Source of the DNA: Macrostomum lignano
Taxonomy: Eukaryota
Direction of reading: 5' to 3'
DNA length: 64,000 nucleotides
NCBI GenBank assembly: GCA_002269645.1
Contig: NIVC01000364.1
Coordinates: 186,001-250,000 of the forward strand
Positions 13,479 through 26,292 of this stretch are shown here, piece by piece (the stretch's first letter is position 1; the number at the start of each line of letters is the position of its first letter). Below the pieces are notes generated by a model, which had not been told where the DNA came from, did no database searches, and saw nothing but the letters and a program-made list of their open reading frames with translations. The position numbers and the translations under genes are program-made.

Positions 13479-14495
13479 GTGTGGTCGGTCCTGGCAGCCG
13501 CTGCTGATACCAGCGGGTCATAGGTTAGCGATTAAACTCACAGCAAAACCAAAGCACTCGACTTTAGCCCCCCACCCCCAACCTGCCCCTCTGGACTCCG
13601 CATCCAGGCCACCCTAATCTCATCTGGCCGCAAGTCGGCCTTAGATAAACCGAGTCAAAGGGAGGCGTTCAGCGTTTCCCCCGGGCGTAAGCAACCGCTT
13701 CGCAGCTCTCTGGTGGGGCGTTGACGCACCTGCGTTTGGCTTTTTCCGGAAATTCAATCAGTTTCTGCCTATCGTTTCCTGTTTTCTTATTTTAGATCCT
13801 AAAAATAGTCATGATTAGTTAATTAGTTTTGCACCTGTTTGCTCCCTTAATTATTGCTGTTTCCTGTAGATTTTGGACCTTCGGTTTAGATTAAATCCGT
13901 GCGTGGGATGGTTTTGACGACTTTTTAGCGTTTGAACTCGGCCTGGCCCGTCTGTTTACATGCAGATGTCTATGAGCTTCAAGCTCGATTCTATTTACGC
14001 CACTTCATAGCATGTCAGCGAGAAAGTTTTCCAGTTCGACTGGTACGTTCGACCAAAAAACACTTTTGAAAAATTCTAATTGCTATAAAGTTTTCAATAA
14101 TTTCCAAACGAGTGCTAGCAGATCAAAGGAGTGGGGTGCGTTAACTTGCATATGCCAAATTTTCAATTTCGAATTTCTCATAAGCAGTAAGTTGCCCGGC
14201 TGATTGTGGAGATAAAAGCTCAGTGTCCCTGGGTTGCTTTTAAAATTTTCGTTTCTCAGATTTCGGGACCAAAGTTCCAATTCTTATCAGTTTCTCATTT
14301 TATGCTCAAGAAATCTTTCAAGTGTCCACACTGTGAGACATTTGGAGACAGTCTCGAATATGGTCTCACCAATGTCTCGCAGAAACCCAAACGCAGTGCT
14401 GCGATTCCGTCAGTGTGTAGGAAATCCAAGACACTCAAAATATTCTTTAAGAACACAAACTGACAGCTTGAGTCTGTCTCAATGACGAATAAAAT

Positions 14496-14501
14496 TTTAT
14501 T
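14496..14501 (-). terminator. Probable poly(A) signal of the FAM78 gene
   Basis: AATAAA on the minus strand ~70 nt after the stop at 14572. Confidence 0.4.
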
Positions 14502-14571
14502 GGTTTTCGTTTCAAACGTGGAAGCACCAGTTTCCAAGAAAAATAAATTTCCCAGCATCGTCAGTTCTTCG

Positions 14572-15759
14572 CTATCTTCTCTTGCTGGAGCATCTGCCAG
14601 CGAAGCCCCTGCGTACAACGTTGGTTGGTGTTGAGCTCCTATTGCTGGAAAACTTCGACTCGAGCAGAGGATCCCCGGAGTAGCACGGGAACAAGTTTGG
14701 CAGCGGCGTCGGGCAGTTGAAGTTGGCCACATTCGAGTAACCCATTGTCATGTCCTCGCGCCACCTGTCCCAGGGCACCACAATGTCCGCCGGTTTGGCC
14801 TTCAGCAATAGCACGTCGTTTTTATCTTGCGGGTAGAAGATCAGCGATTGGCACGAGTTGCAGTTGGGCGGCACCAGAGCCGATGTCGGTATCGGGTCCA
14901 CAGTCTGCAGCACCCTCGGCTGCTCGCTTTGCGCATCGTTGATGCTTTTGCAACGCCGGCCAAGAGGCATGTGGCAGTCAAACTTCAGCCCGATATGGTA
15001 CTTCCACTCCATCGCCTGTAGCACGTACAGTTCGTCCAGTTCAGGCCGAAACTGTGAATATGAGCAGACTGGGAAACCATCTTTTGGATGGTTTTTACCT
15101 CGTTTGATAGCCACCAGCCAGACCTTGAAGTGTTGCACTCTTTCCACGTCTGTGAGCCAGCTGGTCTGCTTGTTCCTCCGCATGCCCCATTGCATGGTCG
15201 GATAGAAGAAGTCAGAGAAGTGCAGCTCAAAGCTGCTATAAAATAGAGGCCGGCCGGCTACGATCTCCAGTAAGCAGGTCTCATGAGAGTAGAAGGGCCA
15301 TTGTAGACCGTTGCTATCGTTTACCATCTTGTGAAGTCCACTTTTGGTGGGATGAAACTCCCACTGGTAGCGCCCAGCCGCTTCAAACTGGTTAGAGAGC
15401 TCGAGATAGTCGCACGCCTGGGCCAAGCCGATCGTCCAGTCAGAGTCGGGAGTAGAATTTTCCAGAGTGATGCCGATCCGACACTTGAACTTCTGGCCCT
15501 GCCATTGCATCAGATGGGACTTCTCTATCACTTTGGTTAGCGGCTGACTCCTGACTGGCTGGCTGTAGTAAACTCGCGAGTAATTGATCGTGATGTGCTC
15601 ATCGGGCCTGAATCGAGAGCTTAGGACGCTGGTCCGGTCGGCCTTTGAGCTGACTGACTCAATGTGGCTGTCCAAGGTGTCCTTAGTAATGACATGACTG
15701 GCCGATGTCTCTTCCGATTTTGGTGTCCTTCGACTGCTGTTATTCGGCCTCTGTGCCAT
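14572..15759 (-). CDS. FAM78: FAM78 family protein (single-exon ORF, 395 aa)
   Basis: Collinear motifs matching FAM78A/B: WTIGLAQAC, VNDSNGLQWPFY, DFFYPTMQW, LTDVERVQHFKVWLVA, LQAMEWK, PLGRRC, EQPRVLQTVDPIPTSALVPPN. The human counterparts, recalled from memory, are WVVGWIQAC, ISDSDGVNYPWY, DNFYPSVTW, DQSFTTWLVA and PIPPSALVKPN. Confidence 0.92.
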   Translation of the reverse strand: MAQRPNNSSRRTPKSEETSASHVITKDTLDSHIESVSSKADRTSVLSSRFRPDEHITINYSRVYYSQPVRSQPLTKVIEKSHLMQWQGQKFKCRIGITLENSTPDSDWTIGLAQACDYLELSNQFEAAGRYQWEFHPTKSGLHKMVNDSNGLQWPFYSHETCLLEIVAGRPLFYSSFELHFSDFFYPTMQWGMRRNKQTSWLTDVERVQHFKVWLVAIKRGKNHPKDGFPVCSYSQFRPELDELYVLQAMEWKYHIGLKFDCHMPLGRRCKSINDAQSEQPRVLQTVDPIPTSALVPPNCNSCQSLIFYPQDKNDVLLLKAKPADIVVPWDRWREDMTMGYSNVANFNCPTPLPNLFPCYSGDPLLESKFSSNRSSTPTNVVRRGFAGRCSSKRR

Positions 15760-17306
15760 GTAATGATTGAGCCGTAGATGCCGTTGTATTGTGTCAGTGC
15801 CCGCTTATGATGAGTTCTCCCGCATGGGCTTAAGGACTTAGCGGGATTTTCCTCACTAACGCCTTGCATCAGTGGCTGTTTTGTCTATGGTTTAGCTTGA
15901 CTGGACTCGCGATCTTTTTCTTCAGATCCTCTCCCAACATCCCAACGGTTTTTATCACCATTAGATATAAACAAGGAAATAATTTGCTAGTAGTCTGCTA
16001 GGCATTGATATAGTCGTTTTTACATGCAAATTGTACATCATCATTATTTTTTATCTTTGTGAAAGCGTATTTCGTTTTTATTTTCTTTGTTGCAACATAA
16101 CGTCTTATGCTTTCCAGGTTAAATTTAAAGATGTAACTCTTGCTAAGATAATGGAAATTGCGAAGTTTTGTGAAGCAAAATTGGGAAGACAGTTTAGTAA
16201 GCAATCGCTTCTTCACATAAGCCTTATCTCCGGTCTGAAATTTACCGAAATTCAACTTTTGGAAATTTTGCAAACGTCTTTGGTTGCATTTAACCCCCAA
16301 CCTCTCCTCGGTACGGTCTCTAGACATTGGCGCAAGGTGGCACAAGCTTGATTAGATAATGACTGGCTTCAACACTTCACTTTCACCTTCTCTGCTGCCA
16401 GTTCTTGATAACTAACTTGTTTACTCTGCATTGTCGAGCAGAGATTCTTGCAAATTCTGAGTCGGTGTTGACTGCGTTATCAATTCATAGGAGTTGACCT
16501 TTCGATCTGTTATACACTTGACAAGGTGGGGGTATACCAGCGGACTAGCTGTGAGCTGGACTCCGAGTGACCTTAAGGGCTGAGCCGCATTAGATAGCGG
16601 GCCCAGTAACGAAATGGAGAAGAAATGATAGACAAATCAGCGCTACAGATATCGAGCAGGCCGTTTAAGCAACAAGTTTATTTTGAAAAAGTTTCGTAAA
16701 TAGACGTTTAGATAGATTAACTAGAGCTATTAAAAGGCTGCTGCAAGGGCTGCAGCATACTTTGACTTGCTTGGTCTGCAACCGTTTTAAACTTAGAGAA
16801 TTGCGTCTTCTGCTGACGCCATGCGTGCATGCTATCGGGGTGGCAGGCATAACGCGAAATGGGAAAGGTTTAAACGAATGGCACACGGCTACTTCAAGGT
16901 TAAAAGCTTGCTAATAGAAAATTAAATAGATTGCTATAACAGTAAAACAGATACGCTCGTAGTAAAGGATTCTTGACAAATATTTAAATAAACAAAAGAT
17001 CCTACTACTCATAAATAAAACTTAAATATTTTGTAGACAGAACCAGTTTTAGTAACTCGAAAAATTTTTCAAACTCAAGTAATAAGATACGAACAGCTGC
17101 AATTTAAACAGTGTTGATTTGTTTAGGAGGAAATGGTTAATAATTTTTACTTCAATTTCATACATTACTGAGATGTTGAATAAGAGCGAGTTACTAAAAC
17201 CTTTCTATTAGTCAAGTATGAGTATACCATTGTCATCTTGATTCGTTCTATTATTTTGGTTCGAGAGTCCGGCTATTAGAGTAATCAGGCCAAAAGCTTG
17301 CTGATT

Positions 17307-18960
17307 CTATCGAGCTTCTGGCGGCTTCGTGATCACTGGCCCGAACAGAGCCCTGAACTTGCTCTGCGGATCTTCGCCAAGAAAGTAGTCGCACCAGGCG
17401 TTCAGATATTCGTCGGATGATAGACGACCGTCCTAGAAGCAAAGATGCCAGGGGTTGGCTGAAGCCTATTAAATCTATTTAGCAAGCGCTAAAGCTCCGA
17501 GTCTCGTTTTTTTAACACTAACCTCATGGGATATTGGATGAATTCGGTATTTTCCAACTGCTTATTTTCCCCAACAGTTTATTACTTTCTGCGTAGCTTC
17601 TTGACAACATCCCAATCCCCGCTGTTACTGCTTACCTTGTCAACGTCCAAGACCTTGTAGAACCCGTCTGCTTCCTCCCTCGAGACGCCCCAGGCTTCTT
17701 GAATGTTTCGGTACTCTTGCAGCTGGATGTAGCCGTCGCCAGACGTCTCGACAGCTTTGAAGAACGTCCAACCGAACTGGTCGATTTCGTGCCTGAATTC
17801 GCCATTGATGAGCGCTCGCATGTTCTTGATGAAGTCCTTCTCGTTGATGGAGGCAAAATGCTTGCCTGCAGATTAAGGAACAATCATTTTTATTATTATG
17901 CTTAATAAATGTGCAATATTATATGTACACTCACCATCCTTGTCGAGCGCGATGTACTTCACCCAGATGGTGAGAATCGCCCGCATAACGGCGTTGCTCT
18001 TCTTCCTGTCCAGGTGGCCTCGCTGGCAAAGCGATCTGGCAATTTGGATGAAATCCTGGCAGCTAATCCTTCCTTCGCCACTGATGTCTAACCTGCGGAA
18101 CATGCAGCGCATCTTGCCCTCCCAGAAGGGACCGCAGCCGACCTCTCCAAAGTCTTCCGGACGCTTGTAGTTGACTAGGGGGCCAAACACCTTCAGACCT
18201 GGTGAGTTGATGCGAATTCAGACAGTAAAAGTTTATAATACACCTTGGCTGAGCCTCAGACTTGAACTGTGATGTAGCATTTTGAATCTCGAGTGGAGAT
18301 ATTATAACTACATGTACAATTCTAAGAGCCTATCCCCAACAGAATAGCGAAGTAAACACCATATCACAAAGTAAAATCACATCCTTAGCTCGTACCAATT
18401 TTCTGGTCCTCAGAGAAGAAGTAGTTAGCCCAGGTCGCTCTAAACGTCGCTAAGCTCATCTTGCCTTTGCGATCGGTGTCCTGGATCTTGAAGATGGTGT
18501 CCGAGTCCCTGTCAATCACCTTGAAAGCTTGCATCAGCGTCTTAAACTCCAGATTAGAGATTAGGCCGTCCTCGTCGCAGTCTGCCGCCTTAAAGATCGG
18601 CGTCACAATGGACTCAAAGAACTTCTCTTTGAAAGTGGTATTCACGACTCGCTTCATGTTCTCAATGAAGTCGTTCTCAAGCAGTTGGTGATTGCAACGA
18701 TGATGCTCGTCAACCGATGAGCACATGAAGCCAAACCAAAAGTCTATCATGGCCTTTACTAGCGAGTCTCCATTGAAGGAGTTCATTTTGGGAAATGAGT
18801 CCAGAATTGTTGTCGAGATCTCAATCATGTCGTCCAGACACAGATAACCGTTTCCCACCGCGTCCGTTTGGCGGTAAAATGTGCGCATTTTGCGCACCCA
18901 GAAGTCGCTGAATTTGCATTCCGGATACTCCTGCTCAGTTTTGCTAGTTGCCAGCGACAT
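17307..18960 (-). CDS. Tandem double sarcoplasmic calcium-binding protein (SCP/calexcitin/aequorin-fold EF-hand), 4 exons, ~394 aa
   Basis: Exons 18960-18396, 18198-17935, 17865-17636, 17432-17307 (phases 1,1,0; 1,185 nt). Each half starts with an SCP signature (FWVRKMRTFY; FWEGKMRCMF) and ends with a VFGPLV / LFGPV tail. EF loops include DCDEDGLISNLE, DVDKDGRLSSDE and ETSGDGYIQLQE. Confidence 0.88.
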
Positions 18961-20839
18961 TGCTTGTCTCTATAGTGATGATTTATATTACCTCGTATTG
19001 ACTATCTCTAACTATAGTTGTTTTCCTCAGACTTTATCGGGAAGTGATGGATCTGGGCAGCTCCGTTGTTGTGATGCCTTTTCCGTTCAGGCAGGGGGTG
19101 GTGGCGCATAGGTTTGGGAAGGCTATTGGGGAAAACCTCGTCTTCCACTTCTTCCCTCGACTACCCATTGGCTGTTCATGGGAGCGAAACCACGAAATGG
19201 ATCGATAAAAAACGAGCGGCTGATATTCAACATCTGCACACCTTCCCCATGGGCCGCAGCAACACTGACAGCCAGAAGCTGGACGTTGCAAAGCCTCCAA
19301 GGGGTCCCTCATATATCGCAGCTGAGCTTTACGGGAAGAATTCGCCAAATGCCTGGCCTGGTCCACAAGCCCTCTGCAATCCAGATCGGGCTGGGTGGTT
19401 TCTATACACCAAGCAGCGAATGGAGTTAACATCAGCGATTGGCTGGACAAAACTTTGGTCTGCTCTGAACTGCGTGGAGGAAAGGTTTGGAACGGGGAAG
19501 GTCTTCTTGCGCTCCTGCATGCTTTCAGCCGTCACCTGGCTATGTCTATCATTCCTATCGGGGCCAAGGGTTATGAGGGGCTAAAATTTTAGGAATGAAA
19601 AGGTTGGAGAGACGAAAGCCAAAGCTGTTATTCACAGTAGTTTGGGGGTGGGGCAGTCAAAGATAGAGACTTGGAGTGTGGCACATATCTCGTCATTCGA
19701 AAACCTTTTGCACAAGCTTTAACCATAAAGGTTTTGGGGTGGTGGCTAAATGCATGTGCATGTGTGCGTGCATGAATAAGGTCAGTACATATCGGCTTAA
19801 CTTGTGTCTAGATGTCCTATACACCTATGGGTATCTTGCCCAGAACGCTTTCTGATTTCAGTGGAGATAGCGCAGCCGATAGGAAACCAGAAGAAGACAG
19901 AAGTTTTATCGCGTTCTTAACTATGAAATTGCCAGCTAAGCGTATCTAGAACACTGCAGAGGACGCATTATTTCTAGCACAGAAATTTATATTTTAGCGC
20001 AAAAATAGTAGAGCATAAATTTCGTTTTATATCCATGCTCGACGAACTGACCTGACTGCTTTTACAACATGATGCTTGCATAAAATATGAAATTCCAAAT
20101 CCATTAGTAAAGCAATCCCATCTCAATGGGCCCTCACTCCGTTTCACTGTGATAATGACCTGGCATCGTGGCATGTACTGTACATCACTTTCCCAGCCTG
20201 CCAATTGTCCATCTCTCTATGATAGCTGTCAGCTGGGCGCTCGTTTGCGTAACAAAGTAGCTTTCATACCCCTCCCTGTCACCTCAGGACCAGTGTCTAA
20301 GACTCTAAGAGCATCAAGTTAAATTATAAGCTGGTTCCCATGCACTGCATAATTAAACAAAAATATTTCTTTGGTGAAGGTTTTCTAAAAATCACTGGCT
20401 ATATCTACGAGCGTATATCGTCTGCATATACTAGGCAATCTGGGAAAGTTCCTGCGCTTTTTAACGAATTTGAATTAGCCAGAAAAAGTATACATAATTT
20501 TATGCAATATCTATTCAACGAAATATAGTCACCCTCATCCTGCCCTCAGCTGCAATGACAGACAGGCCTCTACAAGCCACATCTGTAAAATTGGCCTTTT
20601 TTGGACAAAAATCCCATATATGATCTCCCCTTTTCTACTCTTCTTCATTGGAGTACTGTTTGTAGAGGAAAAAAGCAGCCAAAGTTTTAAGCAACCAAAT
20701 CCAAAAAAGTAAGTGGATGACCGGATATGAACCAAAGGGCATTGGCTTCATCCGAATGTATTGCAATACTTATACGGTAGTTTTTATTAGCCTGGGGCTA
20801 TGTGCAGCGCGGCGCACTACAGCAACATTGTCGCACAAC

Positions 20840-21148
20840 CGGCGAGAGGCATTGCTGCCCATTCCGCCGACTCCCCTGAGCAGGCATACAAGCGCGCGGA
20901 TACGTACGCAGTCATACGCACAGGCACACACTCACACAGGAGTGTACAGCGGGCCTAACTTTATTTATCATTAGGCATGTGCACTTCACTGTGCCTTGGG
21001 GGTTGGCGGCCTCAAGGGCGTTAATTGAACGAGAAGATTCAAAGAGAGATTTCAATATTAGTCCCAAATTAATGTGACTGCACTTGGAATCGAGCCTGGG
21101 CCGCTGGCACATCAGAGCGCTGCGCTGGACCACTGGGCTACTACGGCT
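20840..21148 (-). mobile_element. tRNA-headed SINE-like element
   Basis: Minus strand: A box TAGCCCAGTGG (21140-21130) and B box GGCTCGATTCC (21096-21086) at tRNA spacing, without a convincing cloverleaf. The body (20840-21010) is shared with 63550-63695. Confidence 0.5.
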
Positions 21149-23544
21149 GCAACCGATAACTTGTTGACAGATTAGTCAACTAAAGACGTCGACACATCCC
21201 ATGCAACCATGCAGGCCCCCTCTTTTGGGGTTTACTGTTTCCATAGGTATTAAAAAGAACTAAAATAGGATTTCACGTCGACTTTGAAGTCTCAAAGCAA
21301 GCACAATTCGTGACACTAGGCGTTTTAATACATGTACATGTACAAGAAATGTAAAGCACTTAATTATCACGTTATGACTTTTAAACTTTCGAATCAAATC
21401 AATAACGGCCTAATTAAATTCTCATAAAGACAAAACTCATAGAGATCCTTGCGATTCTCCGAGAAATTTAAGTTTCATTTTGAAGCTGACGAGAAATCCC
21501 CATTTCATATTCACTTTATCCTCATGAGAAGCCCGAGGTAAGAATTGAACTACATGTAAATCTAGGATAGAATTCTCGGTGTTTCTAGTCAACTGGTCCG
21601 GAAAGTTACTGCAGTCGATTTGGTCCAAAGCTTAATTTTTAAGGGCTCCATTTCAGCGCTACGTTGATATCTCGCTTTACATGTAATTTGCCTCTATTGT
21701 CAAATGCAATGTGTGATTTTTAGTCATAACCGTGATCGTTAAGAATAGGAAGGTTAATCTGATTATGTTCATCATATGGTTACTTGTACGTGTATGCCCA
21801 CCAATTAAAGAAAATATTCGTATTGTGCGATTTTAAGCTCCTTTTAGACAACAGTTACATGTATAAGCCAACTCTCCAAAAAACTTGTGGTCCTTGTATC
21901 ATCCAAATTTCAAAACGCTGTACGTGCTTGAAAGTTCAAATAAAACAGGTGGCTAGTGACGTGGGTTGTGAGCAGACTCGGAAATTATTTTACCCCAGAT
22001 TTATTCGGTCAAGTGTCCCTATACGAGCTAAATTATTAATAAAATTTTGATTTTTTGGTTATCGATTATAAATTGAGTCAAATTCCTACACCTGTCTAGA
22101 TCACAAAGAGAAAAATATTAGACAAAATTATTCTTTATGAGTCTCGAAAAATTTATCAAACGGGATTATGACTGCATGATAAAAAAAACAATGCGTAATT
22201 TTGTTATTTCTGTATTTTTGAAAATTTAACATAATTTTTTTCTATGAAATCAAAATGGAAAATGGTCCGATCCAACTACTAGTAATACATGTATAAACTT
22301 ATGAACTCTGTATCACGATATTTTGCTTAAATTTACAAAAGGAGAGGAGAAGAGATGAGATGAGACTTAAGAGGAGCAGAGAGGAGAGAGACCCTATAAT
22401 AATAAAGCTAAATTTATATAATATTAAATTTATAACTCCGTGTCTGTTTTTTGGTACCAGTTATAATTATAATGTTATTATTACAGCGTTACAATTTACA
22501 GCATCATCATATGAGCTTGTGTAAGCTTCAGGCACTCCAGAGTCCAGCTGATGGTCTAGAGTAGGTCTTGAAGTGTATATGCTTCATTAATTATCACTGT
22601 GCCTTAAACTTATGTCATTATGATGCCTCAAATTTAAATTACAACTAGCATATCAAAATAAAATTAAAAATCAATTTATTACAATTGCCAATAGTTAAAA
22701 AAATTACCGAAGTGAAACTTTTTGTTTTTCAAAATACTGATACTAATATATCTAATACTTTAATAGGCCATAAATAGCTTAGTCTATGCCTACTATACAA
22801 ATTGGTACCATGGTATTATATTTAATATCTATTCTTTTTTCTACCATGTATATGCGTAACTATATAACATATATAGCATTTGCCATTGCATTGCATTGTA
22901 TCATTTTTATATGATTGAATATTTTTTAAGTTGATCAAAGATTTGTAAATATGACTATTTAGTCTTAGATATAAATAGCTAATTTATAAATTTTTCTATA
23001 TTAGGCACCAATCTATTAATAAGTATTAATAAGCATTAAGATTTTTATTATATTAAAATTAATGTAAAAGAGACTGTCATTAAGATTTTTTGCACTTATT
23101 TATTGATTAAAAATTTGAATCAATAATTTTGTAAGTTATTGACAAATTTATCATTAATATTAATGACAATGCCAATAAGACCAAAGATATAAAGAAAGAA
23201 CAAAAATATAAGTCTAGCAAGAAATTTTAACACTACAAATGTATTCTAATTTCCCTAGGTGCCTAATTAATCTAATAGCCTATAGTCTAAAGCAATAGCC
23301 TAATGATTCTATGATTTTGATCATATATTATAGTAACTTTTTACTTATCAACTTAATGAATATCATATCATAGTCTTTGGTAGCTGATCAAAATTAGCAA
23401 AGCCAACTAGCAATCTTCGCCCCCCATTAGGGGACATCTGTATAGAATCTCTGTTCTCTACAAGTAATAAGAAAATAGCCAAATAAAGCTTTCACAAAGA
23501 AAACAAACAAACTACTCAAATGAAGTGCAATGCAAAAAAAATCA

Positions 23545-23750
23545 TCCCAAGACAGCAAGCATCCCCCAGATAGCAAGCATCCCCCAGATTGCAAGCATCA
23601 ACCAAATAGCAAGCATCCCCCAGATAGCAAGCATCCCCAGATAGCAAGCATCCCCCAGATAGCAAGCATCCCCCAGATAGCAAGCACCCCCTAGATAGCA
23701 AGAATCCCCCAGATAGATAGCATCCCCAAATAGCAAGCATCCACCAGACA
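23545..23750. repeat. 18-bp minisatellite (CCAGATAGCAAGCATCCC)n
   Basis: Tandem copies visible; produces the spurious GDACYL-repeat ORFs. Confidence 0.9.
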
Positions 23751-23834
23751 ATAAGTAGCTAGTGCGACAATTTCCTTAGCATTATAGTGGCTCCTTTAAA
23801 ATTCACTCACTTTTAAATTTTGAATTGTGTATCT

Positions 23835-25440
23835 TTTATGTTTGACATAGTGGCTCTTTTATGTTTGAAATGAAGTCACTTATATGTTTGACATGGTGAA
23901 TCTTTTAAATGTTTTACAGGTTGGCTCTTTAATTTTCAACATGGTGGCTCTTTTATGTTCTACATGGTGGCTCTTTTATATCAGACATGGTGGCTCTTTT
24001 ATGTTCTACATGGTGGTTCTTTTATGTTCGACATGGTGGCTCCTTTATGTTCAACATGGTGGCTCCTTTATGTTCGACATGGTGGCTCTTTAATGTTTGA
24101 CATGGTGGCTTTTTAATGTTTGACATAGTGGCTCTTTAATATTCAACAAAGTGGCTCTTTAATGTTTGACATAATGACTCTTTAATGTTCAAAATGGTGG
24201 CTCTTTAATGTTTGACATGGTGGCTCGTTAATGTTCGACATGGTGGCTCTTTAACGTTCGACATGGTGGCTCTTTAATGTTCGACATTGTGGCTCTTTAA
24301 TGTTCGAAATGGTTGTTTTTATGTTTTACATTGTGGCTCTTTTATATTTAAAATAAAGTCTCTTACTCTTATATGTTTGACATGGTGACTCTTTAATGTT
24401 CAAAATTGTGGCTCTTTAATGTTTGACATTGTGGCTCTTTAATGTTTGACATGGTGGCTCTTTAATGTTCAACATAGTGGCTCTTTAATGTTCGACACGA
24501 TGGCACTTTAATGTTTGACATGGTGGCTCTTTAATGTTTGACATGGTAGCTCTTTAATGTTCGACACGATGGCACTTTAAAGTTTGACATGGTGGTTCTT
24601 TAATGTTTGATATGGTAGCTCTTTAATGTTCGACATGGTGGCTCTTTAATGGTCGAAATGTTTTTTTTGTTTTATAGTGGCTCTTTAATGTTCAACATGG
24701 TAGCTCTTTTTGTTTGAAATAAAGTCTCTTATATGTTTGACATGGTGGCTCTTTAATGTTCAGCATGATGGCTCTTTAATGTTCAACATGAAGTCACGTA
24801 TATGTTTGATATAGAGTCACATATATGTTTTACATAGTGGCTCTTTTATGTTTGACATGGTGGCTCTTTTATGTTTGAAATGGTGGCTCTTTAATGTTTG
24901 ACATGGTGGCTCTTTTCTGCTTGACATGATGGTTCTTTTATGTTTGAAATGGTAGCTCTTTAATGTTTGATATAGTGGCTCTTTTATGTTTGAAATGGTG
25001 GCTCTTTAATGTTTGACATGGTGGCTCTTTAATGTCAACATAGTGGCTCCTTTATGTTCAACATGAATGGCTCTTTTATATTAGACATGGTGGCCCTTTA
25101 ATGTTTGACATGGTGGCTCTTTTCTGGTTGACATGATGGTTCTTTTATGTTTGAAATGGTAGCTCTTTAATGTTTGATATAGTGGCTCTTTAATGTTTGA
25201 CATGGTGGCTCTATTATGTTTACATGGTAACTCTTTAATTTTTGACATTGTGGCCCTTTAATGTTCGAAATGGTGGCTCTTTAATGTTTGACATGGTAGC
25301 TCTTTAATGTTCGACATGGTGGCTCTAATGTTGGACATTGTGGCTCTTTTATGTTTGACATGGTGGCTCTTTGATGTTTGACATGGTGGCTCTTTAATGT
25401 TCGACATGGAGGCACGTATATGCTTGGCATGATGGCCCTT
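23835..25440. repeat. 23-bp minisatellite (GACATGGTGGCTCTTTAATGTTT)n, ~1.6 kb
   Basis: Period of 23 confirmed (GAC at 24425 and 24448, AAC at 24471); degenerate copies. Confidence 0.93.
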
Positions 25441-25496
25441 TTATGTTTAGCATTTTGTGTTTTGAGGGTGTTTTAACAAAAAAATTATTTTTTGCT

Positions 25497-25558
25497 CTAC
25501 TAAGATTCGAACCCAGGTCACTACATTAGCAGTCCAGTCTACTCGCATCTAGGCTATC
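25497..25558 (-). pseudogene. tRNA-like relic / SINE head
   Basis: Minus strand: TAGCCTAG.. A-box-like, CTGCTAA anticodon-loop-like, GGTTCGAATC B box. Stems are poor. Confidence 0.3.
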
Positions 25559-25569
25559 TCTTTTTAATT

Positions 25570-26040
25570 TGAGAACATGAATTGTGGCCCTTATAATTCA
25601 ATTCTTAGAGCAAGTCAATTGGAGTAAAAAGTTATGACATAATCAATTTCCCAGTCAGCCAGTATCAGTCCCAATTTAAGTTAGCAATATTGGTTACGCA
25701 ATTTCTATCAAGTCATGTGTGCTTTTCTTTGACACTGTTTTCAACTTTTTGTGATGCAATCTTTATCACAATCGGAATTCAGTCAGTCAGTTTTTTCTCT
25801 AGCATTCTTACAATGCATTTCAAGTCAAAAATTTGGCTTGACCTTTGCAAAAAAGCATGTTTTTCGAATATTTAATCCCTTTAAAATTGAGCAATTTCTT
25901 AGCCAAGATGCATGTACCGTCCCAGAAAAATTTCTGATCAAATGGTGCAAGTTTGAAGAAAATCGGTTAAGCCGTTTTTTCTGAAAACTATCTCACAGAG
26001 ACACACATTTCATTTTTAGTATATAGGAAGTATATAGGAT
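25570..26040 (+). mobile_element. Possible non-autonomous Helitron/Helentron-like relic
   Basis: The end AAGTTTGAAGAAAATCGGTTAAGCCG..CACAGAGACACACATTTCATTTTTAGTATATAGGA resembles, from memory, the 3' ends of invertebrate non-autonomous rolling-circle elements. There is no coding evidence. Confidence 0.25.
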
Positions 26041-26292
26041 TTCACAATCAAATTATTTTGCTAAATTATAGATAGATCTTAGATAGATCTTAGGGATTTT
26101 AACTTAAGACAGGGTCTTGGCAGACCTATACTTCCTAACTCATTACTATTTGGAGCTGCTGATTGCTGTAGATAACTCTTAACCATTAGTTGCCATGCTG
26201 CCTTCTGGTCTTGTAATTGCTTATTAGCTTTGAACTGCTGCTAATTTCAGACTGACAACAGCAATGATCTCAGCAGAGCGGCCGGCCCCGCT

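Noticed and set aside
15998-16351. Overlapping 115-aa and 106-aa AT-rich ORFs
   Set aside because: Composition is typical of intergenic or decayed DNA-transposon sequence; no motifs.
19114-19584. 156-aa plus-strand ORF (and overlapping 138-aa minus ORF)
   Set aside because: No recognisable domain, a non-ATG start and no splice partners. Possibly decayed TE sequence.
21075-21148. Functional tRNA gene
   Set aside because: A and B boxes are present but the acceptor and anticodon stems do not pair; treated as a SINE head.
22390-22460. Helitron 5' end (CTATAATAATAAAG..CCGTGTCTGT)
   Set aside because: Suggestive, but no matching 3' hairpin plus CTRR end could be identified.
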